A DNA stretch of 64,000 bases, taken from positions 2,112,001-2,176,000 of the forward strand of contig OY776562.1 of NCBI GenBank assembly GCA_963675785.1, read 5' to 3'. The position numbers and the translations under genes were made by a program. The notes under the pieces are model-generated. The model worked only from the letters and a program-made list of their open reading frames with translations. It was not told the origin of the DNA and did no database searches. Source of the DNA: Anaerolineae bacterium. Lineage in GTDB: Bacteria; Chloroflexota; Anaerolineae; UBA1429. Below, one piece after another: positions 56,620 to 64,000 of the stretch; within the stretch, counting starts at the first letter, position 1; each line of letters opens with the position of its first letter.

Positions 56620-59595
56620 TCAGAATCCCTCCATGGCAGTCAGGTCTACAATCCCCTCCGCCAGCCCCGAGACTGCTTGCAGCAGCCCCAGGCGGTTATT
56701 TCTGATATCCTGATTGGGGTCCATCACCAACACTTGATCAAAGAAAGCTGTGATGGCCGGCTTGAGCGCCTGAATAGCCTCCATCAGCGCATCCACCGTG
56801 CCCTTGCTACTGACTCCTTCTACCTGTGCAGCATAGCTAGCATAGAGCTGCCGCGAAGCCTCTTCAGAGAACAGTCCGGGGTTCACAGTAAACTGCGTAT
56901 CGAGCTTACGGGTAATGCGCACACAACGCGCATAACTATCCAACAGTTCGCCCCAGTCATCTCGCCCAACCCAGACAGCCAATTCGTCCAGCGCATGGCG
57001 TGCCGCAGCCGGGTTGTCGACCTGAGCGTTCAACACTGCATCCACCTGGTCATAGGCGTAACCAGCATCGCGCAAGGCCACGCGATAGCGCGTCTGTACA
57101 AAGTCCAAGACCTCATCAACCAAGCCATTCCCAGCTTTGACTGGCAGGTTCGCTGCTGCGGACTTTATCGCTTCTCTCAACGAGATAGACATATCCAACT
57201 CAGAGAGCGTTTGCACGATGGATAGTGCCGCACGGCGCAGCCCCCAGGGATCGGCCCCGCTAGAAGGCTTGATGCCCACCGCAAACAGGCCAACCAGAGA
57301 ATCAAGGCGGTCTGCCAGACCAACTACCAGGCCTGCCTTACTGGCTGGCAAACGGTCGCCGGTAAACCGCGGCAAATAATGCTCGGCAATAGCCTGCGCC
57401 ACAGCCGGTGTCTCTCCCGTGTGTTCGGCATAATGGCGTCCCAACTCACCCTGCAATGAGGTAAGTTCCACCACCAATTGGGTGGCCAAATCGCTCTTGC
57501 AAATAGCGGCTGCGCGTTCAGCAGTGGCCTTTTCCTCAGCATTCAAGCCCAACGTATCGGCCAATACGGGCACCAGTTTTTCCATACGGTGCACCTTGTC
57601 CAGCACCGAGCCCAATTTTTCCTGGAAGGTCAGTGTGTTTAGCGCAGGCGTATAATCAGCCAGCGGCTTTTTGATGTCGCTGTCATAGAAATAGGCGGCG
57701 TCGGCATAACGAGCACGAAGCACCTCGTCGTTACCGTGGCGCACCACATCCACATCCAACGAAGCGCCGTTGGCGATGGTGATGTAATAAGGCAACAGTT
57801 TGCCATCCTTGAGCACCGGCAAGTAACGCTGATGCTTGCGCATCACAGCCAACAGCACCATATCGGGCAGGCGAAGATATTGTTCATCAAAACTGCCGCG
57901 AATGGCCAGCGGATACTCGACCAGATTGGTCACTTCGGACAGCAAATCCTCATCGTCAGGAATCTCGCCGCCCACCTCAGCCGCCAGGGCGCGAGCCTGC
58001 TCGAGAATGCTTTCGCGGCGCGCCGCCTGAGACAGCATGATGCCCGCCTCAGTGATGGCCTGCTCGTAAGCAGAAGCACAGCATATCGGCACCGCTGGGC
58101 TATCCGCCGGGCGAATGCCGCGCGATACGCGCCCACTGCGTACACCAGCGAATTCACAGGGCACCACTACATCGCCCAACAAAGCAATGATCCAACGCAC
58201 CGGCCGTGAAAAGCTGATGCCTCTCTCGTTCCAGCGCATATTGCGCGTATAGTGCAATGAAGCAAACACACGCGGCAGCGCTTCGGCCAGCACCACAGCC
58301 GCCGGTTGGCCCTTTTCCGCCGTAATGGCAAACACATACTCTTTGCCATCGACTTCACGCACCTCAAGAGCGGTAGGGTCAATGCCCTTGCCACGGGCAA
58401 AACCCTCAGCTGCCTTGGTAGGTTGGCCGTCTTTAAAGGCAATGGCCGCCGCTGGGCCGCGACTCGATACTTTACGGTCCTGCTGAGCTGCCTGCAAACC
58501 TTTGACGATGGCCGCCACGCGACGCGGCGTGCCCTCGACTATCAAAGAATCATAACTCAAACGCGCCTGAGTGAGCTCTTGTTCCAATGCCTTTTTGACG
58601 TCATCGACAGTAACATCGAGATCTCCCACCGGCAATTCCTCAATACCCAGTTCGAGCACGAAATCGAACGGCCCGTCACCTTCTGGTTGAACAGGGGTTG
58701 GCAGAGGCGCTTCGACTATTTGGTCATTGGCGCGCAGCATGGGGTAGCCCATCTCTTTGCGCTGCTCGACATAGAGCGAAGCCACGGTGCGGGCCAAATT
58801 ACGCATACGCACGAAATAGCGGGCCCTCTCGGTGACGCCCACGGCGCCACGGGCATCCAGCACGTTGAACACATGGGAACATTTCAAGACGTAATCATGG
58901 GCTGGCATCACCAGTCCACGATTGATGGCGTTCTGGGCCTCGGCCTCATACAGATCGTACAGGGCATGGAGGTTATCGACATCAGCCACTTCAAAGTTAT
59001 AGGTACAGTGTTCGATCTCACCCTGCAGCCTCAAGTCCCCATAGGTGAGATCACCGTGCCATTTGATCTCGGGAAAAGTACTCACGCCCTGCAACACCAT
59101 GACGATGCGCTCCAGGCCGTAGGTGATCTCGACCGCAACCGGATCCAATTCTTGGCCACCGGCCTGCTGGAAATAGGTGAACTGGGTGATCTCTTGGCCA
59201 TCCAGCCAAACTTCCCAACCCAAGCCCCAGGCACCCAACGCCGGCGATTCCCAGTTGTCCTCCACAAAGCGCACATCATGCTCCGCAGGATCGATGCCCA
59301 ATGCTCGCAAACTGGCCAGGTACAGCTCCTGTGGATTGCCGGGTTCCGGCTGCAGGATGACCTGATACTGATAGTATTTCTGCCAGCGATTGGGGTTCTT
59401 ACCATAGCGGCCATCAGCGGGACGCACCGAAGGCTCAACATAGGCTACGCTCCAAGGTTCGGGGCCCAAAACACGAAGCGCAGTTGCCGGGTTGAGTGTG
59501 CCAGCACCCACCTGAACATTGTGCGGTTGCCACAAAAGGCAGCCATGCTCAGACCAGAACTGGTTCAGGCGCATGATGACGGTTTCGAAATCCAT
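56620..59595 (-). CDS. glyQS: Glycine-tRNA ligase, fused alpha-beta subunits
   Basis: Alpha motifs ([25 protein letters not shown]) continue in frame into beta motifs ([23 protein letters not shown]). Confidence 0.96.
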   Translation of the reverse strand: MDFETVIMRLNQFWSEHGCLLWQPHNVQVGAGTLNPATALRVLGPEPWSVAYVEPSVRPADGRYGKNPNRWQKYYQYQVILQPEPGNPQELYLASLRALGIDPAEHDVRFVEDNWESPALGAWGLGWEVWLDGQEITQFTYFQQAGGQELDPVAVEITYGLERIVMVLQGVSTFPEIKWHGDLTYGDLRLQGEIEHCTYNFEVADVDNLHALYDLYEAEAQNAINRGLVMPAHDYVLKCSHVFNVLDARGAVGVTERARYFVRMRNLARTVASLYVEQRKEMGYPMLRANDQIVEAPLPTPVQPEGDGPFDFVLELGIEELPVGDLDVTVDDVKKALEQELTQARLSYDSLIVEGTPRRVAAIVKGLQAAQQDRKVSSRGPAAAIAFKDGQPTKAAEGFARGKGIDPTALEVREVDGKEYVFAITAEKGQPAAVVLAEALPRVFASLHYTRNMRWNERGISFSRPVRWIIALLGDVVVPCEFAGVRSGRVSRGIRPADSPAVPICCASAYEQAITEAGIMLSQAARRESILEQARALAAEVGGEIPDDEDLLSEVTNLVEYPLAIRGSFDEQYLRLPDMVLLAVMRKHQRYLPVLKDGKLLPYYITIANGASLDVDVVRHGNDEVLRARYADAAYFYDSDIKKPLADYTPALNTLTFQEKLGSVLDKVHRMEKLVPVLADTLGLNAEEKATAERAAAICKSDLATQLVVELTSLQGELGRHYAEHTGETPAVAQAIAEHYLPRFTGDRLPASKAGLVVGLADRLDSLVGLFAVGIKPSSGADPWGLRRAALSIVQTLSELDMSISLREAIKSAAANLPVKAGNGLVDEVLDFVQTRYRVALRDAGYAYDQVDAVLNAQVDNPAAARHALDELAVWVGRDDWGELLDSYARCVRITRKLDTQFTVNPGLFSEEASRQLYASYAAQVEGVSSKGTVDALMEAIQALKPAITAFFDQVLVMDPNQDIRNNRLGLLQAVSGLAEGIVDLTAMEGF

Positions 59596-59624
59596 TTGCA
59601 GTCACCTCAGACAATATTTACTAA

Positions 59625-60419
59625 TCATGGTTCATCCACGTTTGTTCCGTGATGAATTGGGCGGCGTTCGGCGCGACGCAGGCTATCCAGCACGGCTCCC
59701 GAGCGCACTTCACGCTCTAGAATATGCTGCATCACCATACGCAGCAGCGATTCGAGCTCTTGCAGGGTCACCGGTCGTACGGTCAGATGGCTCACTTGTT
59801 CGTCACTGTACCGCCGCATATAGCGCAGCACCTTTTGCGCCCCTAACGAAACCTGACGCGCATAAGGAATATCTGCCCCACAGTGAGGGCATAATATGCC
59901 GCCCAGTTCCGCCGAAAAACGGTTAACCTCAGGCAGCAATTCTTTGCCGCATTCCAGGCAATTGAACAATTCAGGGTCGTATCCCGCCTGCTCTAGTAGG
60001 CGCAACTCAAAGAGGCGCATACCCAGGGCTGGGTCATTGTCACTCTCCAACCAGCGCAAAGTATCTAGCAAGAGCTGGTACAACGCCTGGGGCTCTTCTT
60101 CCTGAGCAAACTGATCCACCAACTCTCCAGCATAGCAGGCCATAGTGAAACGCTCTACATCCTGCGCAAGCACATCGAACTGCTCCAGGCACTCGGCCTG
60201 GGTAATGGTATCCAGATTGCGCCCCTGAGCCACTAGCAGCCGCACCCGTGAAAACAAGGATAAATGGCCACCTTTGCGGCTCTTGATGCGACGCACGCCA
60301 TGGGCCATGGCATCGAGCCGGCCCTGCGGCGTAATCAGCGACAGAATACGGTCGGCTTCTCCATAGTCGCGCTCTCGCAGTACGATGGCCTCACGCCCGT
60401 AGACGCGCTCGCGCGGCAA
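59625..60419 (-). CDS. recO: DNA repair protein RecO
   Basis: DYGEADRIL..AHGVRRIKS and a CxxC..CxxC zinc finger. Confidence 0.93.
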   Translation of the reverse strand: MPRERVYGREAIVLRERDYGEADRILSLITPQGRLDAMAHGVRRIKSRKGGHLSLFSRVRLLVAQGRNLDTITQAECLEQFDVLAQDVERFTMACYAGELVDQFAQEEEPQALYQLLLDTLRWLESDNDPALGMRLFELRLLEQAGYDPELFNCLECGKELLPEVNRFSAELGGILCPHCGADIPYARQVSLGAQKVLRYMRRYSDEQVSHLTVRPVTLQELESLLRMVMQHILEREVRSGAVLDSLRRAERRPIHHGTNVDEP

Positions 60420-60429
60420 GTGTCACCTC

Positions 60430-61176
60430 CTAGAGCATCTCCGGCAAGCCAGGGCAAGCCCGACAATGCTTGCAATCTGGCCCGGCAAAATGGCGCTCGG
60501 AGCCTAAAAGCCCGTCTCGCATGGCAGATAGCCGTCTGATTTCGTCCAAGGGCAAAATCTGCACCCTGCCCAATTTGTGCGCTTCGGCCAGCACCACTGC
60601 CGTATTCTCGACCTTTTCGGTATGCGCATAAGCTTCCATCACCGTACGCCCCACCGTCACCGGCCCGTGACGATCCAACAACAAGGCGTCGTGATCACCA
60701 ATCAATTCGCGGATGACCTCCGGCCCCTGCGCCGATGTCGGTGTAGCATAGCGCGTGGTCACGATGGTGCCCAGCGTCACCAGGGTCTCGGGCATAACAC
60801 AGGGTGCCAACGAAATGCCAGCCACTGAAAGGGCCGTAGCCATCGGCGCATGAGAATGCACCACAGCGTTCACGTCCGCCCGCTGATGGTACACTTCCAG
60901 ATGCAAGCGTAGCTCTGCCGAAGGACGATAGCCGTTGAGCGGAAAAGCACCGCCCTCGACGACTTGACCCTCCATATCCGTCACCACCAGGTCGGCCTCT
61001 CGCAACAAACCCTTGGCCAGCCCCGTGGGTGTCGTCACCAGATGAGCATCATCCAGCCGAGCCGAGATGTTGCCATCCGTCGCGGCGATAAGCCCACGAG
61101 CATAGAGCAACTGACAAGCACGTACAATCTCGCCACGCAGCATTTTTTCTCTATCAACAAGGCTAACTTTCACCAA
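60430..61176 (-). CDS. Class II aldolase/adducin family protein
   Basis: DGNISAR, TPTG, PSAELRLH, VVHSH and RHG motifs. Confidence 0.9.
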   Translation of the reverse strand: MVKVSLVDREKMLRGEIVRACQLLYARGLIAATDGNISARLDDAHLVTTPTGLAKGLLREADLVVTDMEGQVVEGGAFPLNGYRPSAELRLHLEVYHQRADVNAVVHSHAPMATALSVAGISLAPCVMPETLVTLGTIVTTRYATPTSAQGPEVIRELIGDHDALLLDRHGPVTVGRTVMEAYAHTEKVENTAVVLAEAHKLGRVQILPLDEIRRLSAMRDGLLGSERHFAGPDCKHCRACPGLPEML

Positions 61177-61179
61177 GAC

Positions 61180-61932
61180 CTACTCCTCAATGCCGTTGAG
61201 AATGGCAATGCCCGCACTAGCCCCAATGCGGCTAGCGCCTGCGGAAACCATGGCGATGGCCTTTTCGACATCGCGAATACCGCCCGCAGCCTTGACACCC
61301 ATCTCCGGACCGACCACATAACGCATCAGGCGAACATCTTCAACCGTAGCGCCGCCCGGGCCAAAGCCGGTAGAGGTCTTGGCGAAATCGGCGTCAGCCT
61401 CGACGATTAGGCGGCAAGCCTCGACTTTTTCCAGATCAGTCAACAGCGCCGCCTCGATGATGACCTTACAGACAGCCCCCTTGACATGGCAAGCATCGGC
61501 CACAGCCTTGATATCCTTGTAGACAGATTCAAATTTGCCCGCCTTCAAACCGCCCACATGAATGACCATGTCGATCTCTCGGGCACCCGCTTTGAGGGCG
61601 TATCTGGTCTCCGCCACTTTGGCTTCGGTAGCGCTAGCCCCCAAAGGAAACCCAACCACACAGCAGACATCCACATCCGTATCGGCCAATGCCTTGGCAC
61701 AACGCGCCGCATACACCGTGTTCACACAAACCGAGGCGAACTGATATTCGCGCGCCTCTTGGCAAAGCAGATCGATCTGCTCTGGCGTCGCTTCTGCCTT
61801 GAGCACTGTGTGGTCGATCAAGCCGGCCATGGTAGTTTTGGTCAGTTTAACCGGCGCATCAACGGGCATGTTCTCGTTGTACTCGCTCAATAGGCGAGCG
61901 CTATCTTCTTCAAAGGTGGACCACGTTATCAT
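61180..61932 (-). CDS. deoC: Deoxyribose-phosphate aldolase
   Basis: IDHTVLK, VVGFPLG, EIDMV, KTSTGF, KAAGGIR and RIGAS motifs; AAGGAGG RBS. Confidence 0.96.
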   Translation of the reverse strand: MITWSTFEEDSARLLSEYNENMPVDAPVKLTKTTMAGLIDHTVLKAEATPEQIDLLCQEAREYQFASVCVNTVYAARCAKALADTDVDVCCVVGFPLGASATEAKVAETRYALKAGAREIDMVIHVGGLKAGKFESVYKDIKAVADACHVKGAVCKVIIEAALLTDLEKVEACRLIVEADADFAKTSTGFGPGGATVEDVRLMRYVVGPEMGVKAAGGIRDVEKAIAMVSAGASRIGASAGIAILNGIEE

Positions 61933-62029
61933 TCCGGGCCTCCTTGCGCGGTGTTGATCATACTGAACATTATAACTGGCTGCCTGTGCACGCACAAAGA
62001 GCGGCGCCGTGACAATGCCAGAAGAACTG

Positions 62030-62440
62030 CTAGAGTTGATCAGGTGTAAAGGAACGCGGCAACAGCTCGTCCATGCTATAGCGCTCGACGTTGCCCCGGG
62101 TATCGGCAATCAACACTGTAAGCTCGGGGGCAAACTCAGCCATCACCTGCCGACAGGCGCCACAAGGCGAGGAAGCGTTTTCGGTCACCACGGCAAGCGC
62201 TATGAACTCGCGCTCTCCTCCAGAAACCGCCGTAAAGATGGCCGTACGTTCGGCACAGTTGGTCAACCCATACGAGGCATTCTCGACGTTCACACCTGTG
62301 TAGATGTGCCCTAATACCGTACGCAGGGCCGCCCCTACCTTGAAATGCGAATAGGGCGCATAAGCCCTTTCGCGCGCTTCGGTAGCCGCTTGTACAAGCT
62401 CGGCCTCACGAGGATTCAGTTCCTCAATCCTGGTCTTCAT
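62030..62440 (-). CDS. cdd: Cytidine deaminase (homotetrameric type)
   Basis: YAPYSHFKVGAA, NVENASY..CAER and PCGACRQ motifs. Confidence 0.95.
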   Translation of the reverse strand: MKTRIEELNPREAELVQAATEARERAYAPYSHFKVGAALRTVLGHIYTGVNVENASYGLTNCAERTAIFTAVSGGEREFIALAVVTENASSPCGACRQVMAEFAPELTVLIADTRGNVERYSMDELLPRSFTPDQL

Positions 62441-63797
62441 CGACCCTCTCCATTTTGCGAATCTCGCGCGCAGGCTGCCCGTAGGCCAGCATATCGTCGC
62501 CAACCGGATGCGTCACCACAGAACCTGCACCCAGTTTGGCGCGCTCACCAATCTGCGCGGGAGCCACGATTAGCGAGCCGCTGCCGATAAAGGCGTCACG
62601 TCCGATAACCGTGGGATGTTTGTTGACGCCGTCATAGTTGCAGGTGATGGTGCCAGCGCCGATATTGACGTCTTCCCCCACCTGGGCATCACCCAAATAG
62701 GAAAAATGGCCCATCTTGGTGCCCGGCGCCAAATACGAGTTCTTCACCTCGCCAAAATTGCCCATGTGCACACCCTCGCCCAGGTGTGCTCCCTTGCGCA
62801 GGTGGCCAAAGGGACCAATGTTCGCACCGTCATCCATGCGAGCTCCTTCCAACATGGAAGAAAGCACGGTACAGCCGTCGCCGATAATAGAACCCTCGAT
62901 AATGGTATTAGGGCCGATAGAGCAATCCTCGCCGATGACAGTGCCGGCGCGCAGATGCGTGTTGGGATAGATCACCGTGTCGCGGCCAATGACCACGTCG
63001 ACATCGATATAGGTCGAGGTGGGATCGGTGATGGACACGCCATTGAGCATGTGCTCCTGGTTGATACGTTTGTGCAGAATGCGAGTACATTCCGCCAGAT
63101 GAACGCGGTTGTTCACTCCCTGAATCTCTTCCACATCGTCAATGCAAACGACTTTGATGGACTCGCCCGCCGAGGCTGCCAGATCGACCACGTCTGGCAA
63201 ATAATACTCATTCTTGGGTGGCGTGGGCTCGATGCGCTGAATATTCTCCCACAGCCAGTCGGCGTCAAAGCAGTACACACCGCAGTTTAGCTCACGAATG
63301 GCCAGCACCTCGGGAGAAGCCGCTGCCTCTTCGACGATAGCCTGTACCTTGCCTTTAGCATCGCGCACCACACGGCCAAAGCCCATAGGATCCTCAGCGA
63401 TGACGCTCAGCAGGGCAAACACGGCATCACTCTCACGCTGCCTTGCGACCAGCGCCGCCAGCGTCTCAGCGCGCAAGGCGGGCATATCGCCATAGAATAC
63501 GAGTACGCTATTAGCACCAAAATCCTCTACGGCCTTTTGGGCCTGCATCACGGCGTGAGCCGTGCCCAAGCGCTGTTCCTGCAGCACAAAGGTCACGCCC
63601 TGGCCCACATGCTCACGCACGGCATCGGCGTCATTGCCTACCACCAGCACGATTTGGTCCGAGCCGATAGCGCGAGCCGCCGCCACAGACCAATCCACCA
63701 TCGGCCGCCCACAAACAGGATGTAGCACCTTGTTCAGTTTGGATTTAAGCCGAGTACCCTGGCCAGCCGCCAGAATCACCGTGGATAGTCTGTGCAT
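62424..63797 (-). CDS. glmU: Bifunctional GlmU
   Basis: ILAAGQGTRLKS, NEYYL, hexapeptide repeats, HFSYLGD and TCNYDG motifs. Confidence 0.97.
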   Translation of the reverse strand: MHRLSTVILAAGQGTRLKSKLNKVLHPVCGRPMVDWSVAAARAIGSDQIVLVVGNDADAVREHVGQGVTFVLQEQRLGTAHAVMQAQKAVEDFGANSVLVFYGDMPALRAETLAALVARQRESDAVFALLSVIAEDPMGFGRVVRDAKGKVQAIVEEAAASPEVLAIRELNCGVYCFDADWLWENIQRIEPTPPKNEYYLPDVVDLAASAGESIKVVCIDDVEEIQGVNNRVHLAECTRILHKRINQEHMLNGVSITDPTSTYIDVDVVIGRDTVIYPNTHLRAGTVIGEDCSIGPNTIIEGSIIGDGCTVLSSMLEGARMDDGANIGPFGHLRKGAHLGEGVHMGNFGEVKNSYLAPGTKMGHFSYLGDAQVGEDVNIGAGTITCNYDGVNKHPTVIGRDAFIGSGSLIVAPAQIGERAKLGAGSVVTHPVGDDMLAYGQPAREIRKMERVDEDQD

Positions 63798-63902
63798 CCA
63801 ATGCCTCCCCTATAGACAAAGAACCAGGTATGCGCGCTTGCAGCCAAGGCACAACCTGGTTCTTTACGAGCACCGCATACGCTGTACCGGCGCTATCAGT
63901 AG

Positions 63903-63974
63903 CTGGGGCGGAAGGATTCGAACCTCCGAATAGCGGCTCCAAAAGCCGCTGCCTTACCGCTTGGCGACGCCCCA
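63903..63974 (-). tRNA. tRNA-Gln (TTG)
   Basis: TGGGGCG acceptor, GCGGC-TTTTGGA-GCCGC anticodon arm, GTTCGAAT T-loop; CCA not encoded. Confidence 0.96.
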
Positions 63975-64000
63975 ATAACAATCTGGATTCTAGCACAACT

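Noticed and set aside
58306-59652. 448-aa plus-strand ORF
   Set aside because: Antisense shadow of glyQS.
1-64000. CRISPR arrays, IS elements, prophage or defence systems
   Set aside because: No spaced direct repeats, transposase, integrase or phage genes recognised by eye.

Overview
Core-genome window of a moderately GC-rich bacterium, most likely Chloroflexota (Anaerolineae-like). This placement is inferred from the RpoD region-3 insertion, fused GlyQS, the RecG N-terminal extension and a receiver-CpaE protein. It holds about 50 CDSs and 3 tRNAs (Pro-GGG, Asn-GTT, Gln-TTG), with no IS, integrase or CRISPR seen. Firmicutes-like housekeeping blocks (rlmN-rpe/rpmB/yloU-yloV-degV-recG; ffh-rpsP-khpA-rimM; cdd..recO-glyQS..ppdK..dnaG-rpoD) are interleaved with accessory genes. 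Best leads: (1) a PadR regulator fused in frame to an intact GH57 branching-type enzyme, with a palindromic operator over its own promoter and a GntR-LacI regulator downstream; (2) an unannotated lipoprotein selenoprotein candidate (UshA-like, in-frame UGA, SECIS-like hairpin, eroded metal site); (3) a promoter-to-terminator structured RNA upstream of a second RpoD-family sigma factor; (4) a secreted multidomain glycoside hydrolase heading the dnaG-rpoD operon; (5) a membrane-anchored tandem arrestin-like protein; (6) a probable AUU start for scpA. All calls come from reading motifs by eye; no database searches were run.
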